This document shows positions 11,132-19,980 of a stretch of DNA of 64,000 bases, piece after piece. How positions within the stretch are numbered: the first letter of the stretch is position 1; each line of letters begins with the position of its first letter. The notes under the pieces are model-generated. The model was not told the origin of the DNA and did no database searches. It worked only from the letters and a program-made list of their open reading frames with translations. Location of the stretch: NCBI GenBank assembly GCA_965205075.1, contig OZ242036.1, positions 1,897,318-1,961,317 on the forward strand. Reading direction: 5' to 3'. This stretch comes from Candidatus Poribacteria bacterium (GTDB lineage: Bacteria; Poribacteria; WGA-4E; PCPOR2b). A program made the position numbers and the translations under genes.

Positions 11132-11196
11132 AGAAAAGATGGATTATATCACGGAGGTTTAGGGATTTCCCGCACCTGCATTCGATTGATGATGTT

Positions 11197-12141
11197 TCAA
11201 AAATCGTAAACGACGCTAAATCGATGGCTGCCCGCTGTATCTCTGATCCCGCCGATTGGGAACAGGAAGCCGTAGTCGATTCGGAGGTTTCCGAACGGAC
11301 GATACCCACCACCAAGTGTTAAATTTGTGCCCCATGCCAGATTTTCCAATCGAAATCCGCCACGCAGGACTAAATTTTCATCATAGAACCGAGACTCAAT
11401 ACCGACTTTGACATCGACCTCGCTCTCTCTGAAGACGAGATCCATTCCCCATGTAGAGTTCCTAGCAACAATACCCATGCCGAGCATTACCTGCAGTGGG
11501 AGATTTTCTGTAGAGATCGAATTAGTCGTGGCAATATTAGGTGTGTTAAGGTTCTGGAGAGATAGTGCTATCGGAATATTTGGGGATGGACGAAAGATCA
11601 TGCCAACATCGAGCCCCAATCGACTGCGTCCCGGCAAGTCCTCCACGACCGCACCATCTGCCCCGATGGTGGGCGCTGTATCCCAGTTTAATAACTTGAC
11701 AGCACCTCCGAGTGAGATGCGACGTTTTTCCTTCCCTCCGAAATCGTAACTCTTGCTCAACCCGACGAGGAGGTAATTTTCCGAATACAGTTCTCCGGCA
11801 TTAAACCGCTTCCACAGCAGCCCCAAAGCTCCCCGCGTTGGTCGGGAATAGGCGTAGCTAATCAGATTTTGTGTGATTGAGGTTTCATCGCTCAATCCGA
11901 CATGCAGCCTTGCCATTGTTGCTGATAACTGTTGCGCGGATTGACTCGATTCGGGTTGATGTTTCAAGTTAGCAATTGATGCCGGATTAACTAACAATCC
12001 ATCTGACTCATCCCCGATTGCTGTAAACGCTCCGCCCATAGCGAAAGCACGTGCACCGATAAAGCCATCTTCAAACGCGGTGTATGTTTGCACAGGGAAT
12101 CCGGCGACGCCAACCGCGACCAGTGTGAGAAAAAGTATCAA
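11197..12141 (-). CDS. FadL/PorV-like outer-membrane beta-barrel protein
   Basis: Signal-peptide-like start (TTG)ILFLTLVAVGVAG. ARAFAMGGAFTAIGDESDGLLVNPASI resembles the N-terminal NPA hatch motif of the FadL/OMPP1/PorV family. Alternating beta-strand pattern and a C-terminal Phe (…VVYDF). The ORF-track version (to 12315) has a junk N-terminus overlapping the regulator gene. Confidence 0.5.
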   Translation of the reverse strand: MILFLTLVAVGVAGFPVQTYTAFEDGFIGARAFAMGGAFTAIGDESDGLLVNPASIANLKHQPESSQSAQQLSATMARLHVGLSDETSITQNLISYAYSRPTRGALGLLWKRFNAGELYSENYLLVGLSKSYDFGGKEKRRISLGGAVKLLNWDTAPTIGADGAVVEDLPGRSRLGLDVGMIFRPSPNIPIALSLQNLNTPNIATTNSISTENLPLQVMLGMGIVARNSTWGMDLVFRESEVDVKVGIESRFYDENLVLRGGFRLENLAWGTNLTLGGGYRPFGNLRIDYGFLFPIGGIRDTAGSHRFSVVYDF

Positions 12142-12289
12142 CCTAAAAAAAAGAGAAGAATGGCAGAAGGAGGGCTGGAAGGTCAAGGTACAAGGACGGG
12201 AAGAATGCAAGAATGGAAGATCGGAACAACAGCAGGCAACAGCAAACCACAACCTGCCCCTACTCTTATTCTCACTTCCAACTGAAAAA

Positions 12290-12988
12290 TCACTCATCGG
12301 TAAATTTGTAGCCAACTCCCCAGACAGTTATAATGTATTCAGGCTGGCTCGCGTTCGTTTCGATCTGTTCCCGCAATCGCCGGATGTGTACATCAACAGT
12401 ACGTGCTCCTACGAAGCTATCCTGCCCCCACACATAATCGAGTAGGTGGTCGCGCGAATAGACATGCCCTGGATTTTGCATCAGAAATAGTAGCAGATCG
12501 AACTCTTTCATCGTGAGTTCTAATTGACTATGCCCGACGGTGGCTGTCCGGCGTTCTGCATCAATCGACAAATCTTTATGTTTCAGCGTTGCCGTCTGGC
12601 TGCGGGGTTGATAATCTTGGCGGTAGGTTCTTCGCAAGATTGCCTTGACCCGTGCTACCAACTCACGTGGATTGAATGGTTTGGGCATATAATCATCCGC
12701 ACCAATTTCCAATCCGACGATTCTATCTACATCGGTATCTTTCGCTGTAAGCATCAAAATTGGAATAGTGGATTCTGTCCGCATCTGCTTACAAACTTCA
12801 AAACCATCCAATCCCGGCAACATAATGTCGAGGACAACGAGGTCGGGGAGGTCTTGTCGCATTTTGTCAAGTGCTTTAACCCCATCGTAAGCTTTGATAA
12901 CCTCATATCCCTCTCCCGTCAGATAATCATCAATAAAATCAACGATGTCTACTTCATCATCAACGACTAGGATTTTATAAATTTTCAT
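12290..12988 (-). CDS. OmpR/PhoB-family response regulator (REC plus winged helix); no adjacent kinase
   Basis: VVDDEVDIVDFI...LVVLDIMLPGLDGFEV...MLTAKDTDVDRIVGLEIGADDYMPKPFNPRELVARV, followed by a trans_reg_C-like C-terminus. Confidence 0.85.
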   Translation of the reverse strand: MKIYKILVVDDEVDIVDFIDDYLTGEGYEVIKAYDGVKALDKMRQDLPDLVVLDIMLPGLDGFEVCKQMRTESTIPILMLTAKDTDVDRIVGLEIGADDYMPKPFNPRELVARVKAILRRTYRQDYQPRSQTATLKHKDLSIDAERRTATVGHSQLELTMKEFDLLLFLMQNPGHVYSRDHLLDYVWGQDSFVGARTVDVHIRRLREQIETNASQPEYIITVWGVGYKFTDE

Positions 12989-13665
12989 TGTTGTTGCCTA
13001 TCGTGGAATGATCTACAGGTCTACATTTTGCAAGTTGATGCTGTCAGCATACGGTATTGGAAATAACTTTTTTCACTCATTCTGAAGAAGATATAGCCGC
13101 GTGCAGGGATAAAAAACCCAGCAGTATGGGAGATGAAGCCTAAAATGCGAAGGCAATTTTCTACATGTTTTGGCTGCGGTTATTATACTTTATGTCCAGA
13201 TCCGTGTCAAACTTCATACGGAAAGGTAATCGGCTAAAATACCCCAAAGTTAGCAGATTGGGTTGTAAAATTCATGAAATTGAGATATAATCATACACTA
13301 TCAGGAAAGTAACGATGTGAGGTTGTCTGATAGAGAATTCAATTTTGTTGCTTGACATGAGTATAAGGGCTTGATCTATGCTTTCTTTTTTGTTATAATA
13401 ATTGTATGATCTCGATTAAAAAAGGCACAGGAACCGGTTCTTCACGGCTAAGCGGAAAGATTGGCAAGGTAATTAGACCCATTGGACCAAAATCTGGAGG
13501 AAAGTGAACAAGAAATCCGGTTTCCCGAATATAGGTAACGATTGGGACTGTGACGACTCACCGAAGTCTTAGAATTAAGAACAGTGTAATAGATTAGAAC
13601 TTCAAACCCCATTAGAAATGGCGTTGTTTATTTGAACCCCAACCCCAATTTGGAAGGAGCCAATA

Positions 13666-16104
13666 ATGGCGACAGAAAGTTTAGCACCTTTTAACGCGGA
13701 TGCAATATCTCCGGAGGAAGCCCGCGCAATCGAAATTTATGAGATGCAGCTGGGTCGCGTTCAAGCGGGTCAGATGCCAGAAGAGATTTTCCTCGAATTT
13801 AGACTCCGTCACGGTGTTTATGGACAGCGCGATGAAGGTTCGCAAATGATTCGCGTAAAAATTCCATTCGGCGGTCTAAACGCGGTACAATTGGAAATGC
13901 TTGCGGATGTTGCCGAAGAATTCTCGGATAATATCATTCACATCACAACTCGCCAAGATGTACAGTATCACTACGTAGACATCAATAATACGCCAGAGTT
14001 AATGCGTCGACTGGGATCGGTTGGCATTACGACCAAAGAAGCATGTGGTAATGTGGTCCGGAACGTCACCGCTTGCCCTCTGTCTGGTGTATGTAACGAC
14101 GAACCTTTTGATGTAACTCCTCACTCCAAGGCGTTGTCAGCCTTCTTGTTAGGACACCAAGATGCACAGGACTTCGGACGTAAATTCAAGATCGCGTTTT
14201 CCGGTTGCGATGAACACGCTTGTGGCTTGGGATATATGCACGACATCGGCGCAGTTGCAGCGATTAAAGAGGTTGATGGGAAACCTAAGCGTGGATTTAA
14301 GTTGCTAGTCGGTGGTGGTCTTGGTGCTGTGCCACATCAGGCAAAGGTCTTTGATGAATTTGTGCCTGAAGAGGAATTGCTACCGATTTCGCAAGCCATT
14401 TCAAGGGTATTCACCCGTCTTGGGGAACGCAAGAATCGCAACAAGGCGCGGATGAAGTTTGTTGTGGCAAAACTTGGCATCGAAGAATTTCGTCGCTTGG
14501 TGTTGGAAGAACGGGAACAGTTGCGCCACGATCCTGCGTGGACTGCCCACCTCGACAATCTTGATGCGTATGATGAAACGCCGCTGAAACCGCCGACGCA
14601 GCTTAACGGTGCATCGAAGCCAGAAGGATTTGATGAGTGGCATGCCACGAACGTGCGTTCGCAGCGACAGCCGGGATACGCAGTTGTTAATATCACGTTG
14701 CCGCTCGGAGACATCACGGCGGATCAGACGCGGGCATTGGCGGATATTTCGCGCAAGTATGTGAAGGACACCATCCGCACGACGGTCGAGCAGAATCTTG
14801 TTTTGCGCTGGGTCAGCCTGAGCGATCTACCTGCCCTCTATCAGGAACTCAAGGCAATCGGCTTAGGCGCATCGGGTGCTGAAAGCACAGTTGATATTAC
14901 AGCATGTCCCGGCACCGATTCCTGCAAACTGGGTATCTCGTCTTCTCGTGGGTTAGCGGCTTACTTGCGGAATTATTTCATCGACACCGGTGTAAAGGAA
15001 GGGATCCAAGATCTGCGGATCAAAATTAGCGGTTGCCCCAATTCATGTGGTCAACACCACATCGCAAACATCGGGTTCTTTGGCTCATCACGACGTATGG
15101 GGAAACATATCGCCCCGTATTATCAGGTTCTGTTGGGCGGTCACGCTATTGAGAATGCAAGTGCTTATGGACTTGCTGCCGGGAAGATCCACGGAAGGAA
15201 CATCCCGCAATTCATTGAGCACTTGACCGGAAAGTACCTTGAGGAACGCGGCAATGATGAGTCTTTCACCGACTATATTGCGAGACTCGGCAAGGTCGAG
15301 ATTAAGGCAATCCTCCGTGAGTATGATAAGATCCCTACCTTCGAGGAAGATCCCAGCTACTATATCGACACCGGCGACACGAAGGAGTTTCAACTCAAGA
15401 CGGGTGTTGGTGAGTGTGCGGGGGCATTGGTAGAATTAGTCTCGTTCATACTTGAGGAAGCGGACCGGCTGATCTATGAGGCGGGTATTGATCTGGAACG
15501 CGATCGATATGTGGATTCTGCTCAACATGCTTACGAAGCGATGATCAAAGCTGCGGACGCACTCCTGACGACCGAGGGACAGCAACACATTGACAATGAG
15601 ACGACGGTCCGAGAGTTCCGGAGTCGGTTCTTTGAGCCGGGAGTTGTCTTCCCCGGTTTTGGAGCGCATATATTTAAGGCGGCCGAGGAGGATGCTAGCA
15701 CCTTTGATAGGGAGCTCACCCATCGCCGGGTCGAGGAAGCCACCCTCTTTGTTGAGGAAGCCCATAACGTCTACGGACGGATGCGGATTCGGCAGGAGGA
15801 GGAATCAAGCACTAAGAAACGGGAAGCCAGACCAGCGCGTATCCCCAAAGCACCGCCAAAAGCGGAGCCGGTCGAGGAGATCGTTGATAGTCTCGACCTC
15901 AAGGGGGTGGCGTGTCCGTTCAATTACGTGCAAGCCAAAATCCGGTTGGAGACAATGAATGTTGATCAGCTGCTGGAAATCACGATTGACGATGGCGAAC
16001 CAATTGAAAACGTTCCCAAGAGTCTCACGAATGATGGGCATGAGATTACCGATACCAAAAAGGTCGGTCAGCACTATCGGCTCGTGATTCGTAAAGGTGA
16101 ATAA
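13666..16104 (+). CDS. Ferredoxin-type nitrite/sulfite reductase (siroheme/4Fe-4S) with a fused C-terminal TusA-like domain
   Basis: C-terminal-half cluster cysteines TACPGTDSC and GCPNSCGQHH. The N-terminal half also keeps CPLSGVC and GCDEHAC. After a charged linker, the C-terminal ~80 aa (LDLKGVACPFNYVQAKIRLE...YRLVIRKGE) resembles TusA/SirA. RBS GGAAGGAG lies before the ATG. Confidence 0.75.
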   Translation: MATESLAPFNADAISPEEARAIEIYEMQLGRVQAGQMPEEIFLEFRLRHGVYGQRDEGSQMIRVKIPFGGLNAVQLEMLADVAEEFSDNIIHITTRQDVQYHYVDINNTPELMRRLGSVGITTKEACGNVVRNVTACPLSGVCNDEPFDVTPHSKALSAFLLGHQDAQDFGRKFKIAFSGCDEHACGLGYMHDIGAVAAIKEVDGKPKRGFKLLVGGGLGAVPHQAKVFDEFVPEEELLPISQAISRVFTRLGERKNRNKARMKFVVAKLGIEEFRRLVLEEREQLRHDPAWTAHLDNLDAYDETPLKPPTQLNGASKPEGFDEWHATNVRSQRQPGYAVVNITLPLGDITADQTRALADISRKYVKDTIRTTVEQNLVLRWVSLSDLPALYQELKAIGLGASGAESTVDITACPGTDSCKLGISSSRGLAAYLRNYFIDTGVKEGIQDLRIKISGCPNSCGQHHIANIGFFGSSRRMGKHIAPYYQVLLGGHAIENASAYGLAAGKIHGRNIPQFIEHLTGKYLEERGNDESFTDYIARLGKVEIKAILREYDKIPTFEEDPSYYIDTGDTKEFQLKTGVGECAGALVELVSFILEEADRLIYEAGIDLERDRYVDSAQHAYEAMIKAADALLTTEGQQHIDNETTVREFRSRFFEPGVVFPGFGAHIFKAAEEDASTFDRELTHRRVEEATLFVEEAHNVYGRMRIRQEEESSTKKREARPARIPKAPPKAEPVEEIVDSLDLKGVACPFNYVQAKIRLETMNVDQLLEITIDDGEPIENVPKSLTNDGHEITDTKKVGQHYRLVIRKGE

Positions 16105-16125
16105 CGGATAAGAGGTTCTCAAAGT

Positions 16126-16171
16126 AAAGCGTGATGGACTGAAGTGGGGGTTCGTCACGCTTTATTTTTTT
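16126..16171 (+). terminator. Rho-independent terminator after the sulfite reductase gene
   Basis: Stem AAAGCGTGA...TCACGCTTT followed by ATTTTTTTG. Confidence 0.6.
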
Positions 16172-16216
16172 GCTAGGCACACGAAAAATTGTCGAATTAC
16201 AGGACAAGGTATACCC

Positions 16217-16438
16217 TTGAGTAAGACAGAAATGGCATACTTTGAACAAGAGGACATATTACATCTGGAGATTTCTGATGAACCAGAGACAGGAAGTATT
16301 GAACTGAGTCCCAATATTACAGCAGAATTGAATGACAATGGAGACCTAATCGGTATTGAAATTCTAAATGCTAGTACCTTCATTAGCAATTCAATTTTGG
16401 AATCTGCACAAGCAAAGATACTTTCGCTTGGTAAATGA
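16217..16438 (+). CDS. DUF2283-family small protein (toxin-antitoxin associated)
   Basis: YFEQEDILHLEISDE...GDLIGIEILNAS matches the DUF2283 signature. No DUF4258 partner is present. Confidence 0.65.
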   Translation: MSKTEMAYFEQEDILHLEISDEPETGSIELSPNITAELNDNGDLIGIEILNASTFISNSILESAQAKILSLGK

Positions 16439-16457
16439 AGCCAATTAGGAGCCTGCT

Positions 16458-16571
16458 ATGCAACAGATAATTGATGATAAAAATCAGCTCAAGGAGGTAT
16501 TCAAACAGGCATTCGCTGAATTGCTGCAGGAACGGAGAGACTTATTGTACGATGTCTTTAGTTATGACACA
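16458..16571 (+). CDS. Small ORF (37 aa) with a strong RBS, overlapping the next gene
   Basis: ATG at 16458 is preceded by AGGAG with 6-nt spacing. Below the ORF-track length cutoff. It overlaps the start of the next ORF by 8 nt. Confidence 0.3.
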
Positions 16572-16782
16572 ACTTCTTGAAAAAGCACTCACCGAGATTT
16601 ATAAGCTATCCCCCGAAAAACAGGACACCATTGCAGCATTGATTCTTGAAGAACTGGACGATGAACGACGATGGGCTGCAGCTTTTGCTGAATCACAAGA
16701 TAAACTTACCCAACTTGTCCTCAAAGTCCGTTCTGACATTAAGGCAGGTCGCATCAAAAAGATGGGGATTGATGAGTTGTGA
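16564..16782 (+). CDS. Orphan antitoxin-like protein (putative addiction-module component, Unstab_antitox-like)
   Basis: MTQLLEKALTEIYKLSPEKQDTIAALILEELDDERRWAAAFAESQ... fits the small-antitoxin pattern that normally precedes a ParE/RelE toxin. No toxin follows. Confidence 0.45.
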   Translation: MTQLLEKALTEIYKLSPEKQDTIAALILEELDDERRWAAAFAESQDKLTQLVLKVRSDIKAGRIKKMGIDEL

Positions 16783-16833
16783 ACTCATATTTGACAGAGG
16801 ATTTTCTTGCTTGTTTTCGCGGAAGGAGACAAA

Positions 16834-17049
16834 ATGCTCATCAATGAAGCGTGGAATGAAACATTGGTTGAGAACAGGGTAACGTATAGCCTTGAAGTCG
16901 ATGGGCAGTTCGTCATTACTAAGGATGTGCCCGCCCGCGTAAATGTTGAAACAGGAGAAAAGCACTTTTCCCCAGAAACCGTTGAACATTTACAACAAAC
17001 CGTATGGGAACGGCAGGTCCCCCGCCACACCCGTCTTGTAATCGGATAA
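16834..17049 (+). CDS. MqsA/YgiT-like N-domain protein lacking the zinc-binding cysteines
   Basis: RVTYSLEVDGQFVITKDVPARVNVETGEKHFSPETVEHLQQ parallels the YgiT zinc-ribbon pattern (TVTYTVEYKG..IENVPALVCSQCGE..) but contains no Cys. Start at 16834 is preceded by GGAAGGAGA. Confidence 0.45.
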   Translation: MLINEAWNETLVENRVTYSLEVDGQFVITKDVPARVNVETGEKHFSPETVEHLQQTVWERQVPRHTRLVIG

Positions 17050-17081
17050 CTGAACTTTTTCGTTTGAGAAGGTATTTAACC

Positions 17082-17900
17082 ATGAATTCTGAATTTAAGA
17101 TAAGCCCAAAATTGGAAAAGTGGTTAAGATGGATGGAAACTATCCAGAGCGAGGTCCAAAGGTTACTGCGGGATACAAACATGTTTTGGGAAGTCCAAGA
17201 TATCATCCGAGAAAATCCGCGTATCCAAAAGCCGAGTGCTTTCTATCGCTATCTCGGAAGGACTTATCTTTCTCATGCGTTAGCAGGGCTGCGTCGGCAA
17301 ATCAAACCGCAGAAGGACAGTATATCTTTTGTGGAATTGCTTGATGAGATTGCGAACAATCCTGAAGAGTTGTCACGCAGTTATTACTGCTCCCTCTGTA
17401 CTTATTCTGATGGACCTGACATTAGCCAAATTGAGATGGAAGTTAGGCGGGAACTTGAAGCGATAGGGATTACCAATAATTCTCAACTGGAAGATTTGAT
17501 ACAGATGGATGGCTTCGCACCCTACGCAGATGCCAGCGGAGAGCATGTTTGTCCCAAGATGGTGAAAGATGATCTAAAGACACTCAAATCAGCAGTAGAA
17601 AAACATGAGGAATTTGCTGATAAACGGATTGCGCACTGGGACAAGGTTGAACCGGAAGTTGTACCGAACTTTGAGGAGTTGGATGATTGCATTAAGTTGC
17701 TTGATAAAACGTATGTGAAGTATCACCTCCTGTTTTATGCTGAGTCTATAGATACGTTGATGCCAACCTATCAATATGAGTGGAAGAAGATTTTTTTGGA
17801 ACCGTGGTTAAAGGCTGTCGCTGGAAGTGCGAAAGGGCTGATTCACATCCGTGAAGATTTTGACGATGAGCTTCCAGATTTCAAAGAGTACATGGAATGA
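17082..17900 (+). CDS. Hypothetical 272-aa protein, no recognisable domain
   Basis: Clean ORF. Its stop overlaps the vapC-fragment start (ATGA). Confidence 0.5.
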   Translation: MNSEFKISPKLEKWLRWMETIQSEVQRLLRDTNMFWEVQDIIRENPRIQKPSAFYRYLGRTYLSHALAGLRRQIKPQKDSISFVELLDEIANNPEELSRSYYCSLCTYSDGPDISQIEMEVRRELEAIGITNNSQLEDLIQMDGFAPYADASGEHVCPKMVKDDLKTLKSAVEKHEEFADKRIAHWDKVEPEVVPNFEELDDCIKLLDKTYVKYHLLFYAESIDTLMPTYQYEWKKIFLEPWLKAVAGSAKGLIHIREDFDDELPDFKEYME

Positions 17901-18103
17901 GATATCTTCTGGATACAAATGCGCTGCTTTGGTTCCTTGCTAACGACAAAAAACTGAGCCAGAGAGCACGACAGTTAATTGAGAGTTCCAGCAACGAGAG
18001 CTGCCTCAGCATTGTCAGCCTATGGGAAATAGCGATTAAAACACAGTCTATAGGGATTTCAGTTTCTCTAATGTTTTTGGTGTTAATAGTGAAAGGTTTT
18101 TGA
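17897..18103 (+). pseudogene. vapC: Truncated PIN-domain toxin (VapC N-terminal fragment)
   Basis: MRYLLDTNALLWFLANDKKLS...SLWEIAIK is the PIN N-terminus. The ORF stops after 68 aa where a full PIN domain is about 130 aa. Confidence 0.6.
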
Positions 18104-18137
18104 TATGCTTTTACACCAACCTGTGAGGAGGTATGAC

Positions 18138-18797
18138 ATGCGAATGCAGGCATTTCACGACGGTCAGATACTGAAGGGGTTGTACACCATAGCAATACTC
18201 GTCACAATCAGTCTATTAGGCTGTGGCGATTCACCCGTTTACGATGAAAGCATAGCTACACCTATAGAACAGTTACGCGATCCGAATGTAGAGGTACGTT
18301 TCCAAGCAGCGGATGTGCTTGTCGATATTGGTGAACCAGCGGTTCCAGCGTTGATTGACGAACTAGATGGAAGTTGGCCCTACGAATTAGCAACCTCTGC
18401 GAGTGGTGTTTTGGCACGGATTGGGGAACCGGCAATACCAGCGTTGGTTAAGGCATTAGATGATAAAGAGGTGCTCACTCGGCACGGTGCGGTTCTCGCG
18501 CTGGGAAACATGCGAGGGGATGCCAGTCCGGCGGTTCCGGCGTTGATAAAGCGGCTAGATGATAAAATCCTTCTAATTCGTTCGGGTGCTGCAATAGCGT
18601 TAGGAAGGACTGGAGTAACGAATGAAGACGCAGTTTTAGCATTACTCGATGTCATGAGCGATGAATTCATGCACGGATACGCGATGACAGCGTTCATGGA
18701 AATGGGCGCACCGGTCGTGCCGGAGTTGACAAAAGCAACGAACCATAAGAATCACCATATTCGCGAAAATGCAGCTGCTGTGCTACGGTGGTTTTAG
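18138..18797 (+). CDS. HEAT-repeat (PBS-lyase-type) lipoprotein
   Basis: Lipobox ISLLGC. Tandem HEAT-like repeats (DPNVEVRFQAADVLVDIGEPAVPALI...KEVLTRHGAVLALGNM...). GAGGAGG lies 6 nt before the ATG at 18138. Confidence 0.7.
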   Translation: MRMQAFHDGQILKGLYTIAILVTISLLGCGDSPVYDESIATPIEQLRDPNVEVRFQAADVLVDIGEPAVPALIDELDGSWPYELATSASGVLARIGEPAIPALVKALDDKEVLTRHGAVLALGNMRGDASPAVPALIKRLDDKILLIRSGAAIALGRTGVTNEDAVLALLDVMSDEFMHGYAMTAFMEMGAPVVPELTKATNHKNHHIRENAAAVLRWF

Positions 18798-18896
18798 TAC
18801 CCGGTTGCAAACCAGCGATAGAGATCTGGCTTCGCCGTTGCAATTGATGGCAGAGCACTATAGTTTTATAATACCAACAAGCAGGAGGAAGGATAT

Positions 18897-19286
18897 ATGT
18901 TTTTTGCCTTATTGTTGGTCACATTCGTCTTAGCGGCTGTTGTCTCATTTTGCGTTATAAAGGTCTTCGATAAGCCAATATCGGCTATCTTCAGGCGCAT
19001 TATTCAGGACGAGATCAGCAGCGCGTGGCATAAATATGTGAAATTTGCTGCTTATGTGGTTGGTATTTCCGGAGGAGTGAGAGTACATCAGCTAGAAAGA
19101 TACATAAGTGCACCTGCTAAAGATTCTCAGATTTTAGAGTTGAATGATAAGCGGTGGATACTAGAAGTATATCGAACTATCATCGAAACCCTTCAAGCGA
19201 TCGCTTGGATGTACTTAGTGGTATTTATATTTGCCTTAATTGCATACGTTATAGTTAGGGCGTTTGAGTTAAGGAGCTCTAAATAA
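18897..19286 (+). CDS. Small two-TM membrane protein
   Basis: 129-aa ORF with hydrophobic N- and C-terminal helices. RBS GGAGGAAGG upstream. Confidence 0.5.
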   Translation: MFFALLLVTFVLAAVVSFCVIKVFDKPISAIFRRIIQDEISSAWHKYVKFAAYVVGISGGVRVHQLERYISAPAKDSQILELNDKRWILEVYRTIIETLQAIAWMYLVVFIFALIAYVIVRAFELRSSK

Positions 19287-19361
19287 AAGTAAATGCCCCC
19301 TAACAAGTGTGGTAGGTAGGGCTAATCTCCTGTAGAAAGGATTTTACGGTTATAATTACCT

Positions 19362-19943
19362 ATGGATCTACAACAGATTAACATCAAGGTCTTCACCACA
19401 GAAGACAGTCATATCAATTATGAAAATTTCATCAGGGTATTCAATAGGTGGATGGCAGAAGGAGAACCAGACGAGTACTTGAACTACGCTGATTACTCGT
19501 TTACCCATGCGGGTCCCGGCGTTCTGCTAATTTCGGCAAGCACCAACTACAGCATAGATGCAGCCAGAAGTCGTCACGGATTTCTTTATAACCGGAAGCA
19601 TAAAGTGGATGGGGATAATCGCGAAAAGATTCATCAGGCATTCACTGAAACGCTTCAAAGGTGCGTCCGTTTAGAAGAAGCTGAAGAGCTAGAGAACGCT
19701 GTACATCTAAATGGAGATGAGATTCTGTTTTTTATTAATAACCGCCATATCGCGCCAAACACCCAAGAGATGTTTGAGGCGATTCAACCGGACTTAACCG
19801 CTGTACTTGAGCAGATGTACGGTGGGGATGACTTTACGGTTGAACTTGCATTTGAAGATATTCGGGAACGGTTTGCGGTTCAAATCTCTGCACGTTCAGG
19901 CAAAGGAATTGCGGATCTGCTAGCGAACTTGGAAAATAACTAG
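19362..19943 (+). CDS. Hypothetical protein (193 aa)
   Basis: Clean ORF between the membrane protein and moeB. No recognisable motifs. Confidence 0.5.
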   Translation: MDLQQINIKVFTTEDSHINYENFIRVFNRWMAEGEPDEYLNYADYSFTHAGPGVLLISASTNYSIDAARSRHGFLYNRKHKVDGDNREKIHQAFTETLQRCVRLEEAEELENAVHLNGDEILFFINNRHIAPNTQEMFEAIQPDLTAVLEQMYGGDDFTVELAFEDIRERFAVQISARSGKGIADLLANLENN

Positions 19944-19980
19944 AATCCACTCTTACGGTTCACAACGAGGGAATTTTTAG

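Noticed and set aside
11197-12315. Long (372-aa) version of the OMP ORF
   Set aside because: The first ~58 residues are Cys- and Ser-rich junk and overlap the response-regulator gene. An internal TTG followed by a signal-peptide-like segment is the more plausible start.
14337-14717. Antisense ORFs inside the sulfite reductase gene
   Set aside because: Shadow ORFs of a well-supported CDS.
16471-16782. 103-aa ORF-track version of the antitoxin-like gene
   Set aside because: The upstream 30 residues look non-coding. The conserved antitoxin-like sequence begins at the Met at 16564. The upstream region is better explained by a separate 37-aa ORF with its own RBS.
19362-19943. Possibility that the 193-aa protein is a MoaD/ThiS- or E2-like partner of the E1-like enzyme
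   Set aside because: No C-terminal Gly-Gly and no HPN-type E2 motif, so there is nothing in the sequence to support it.
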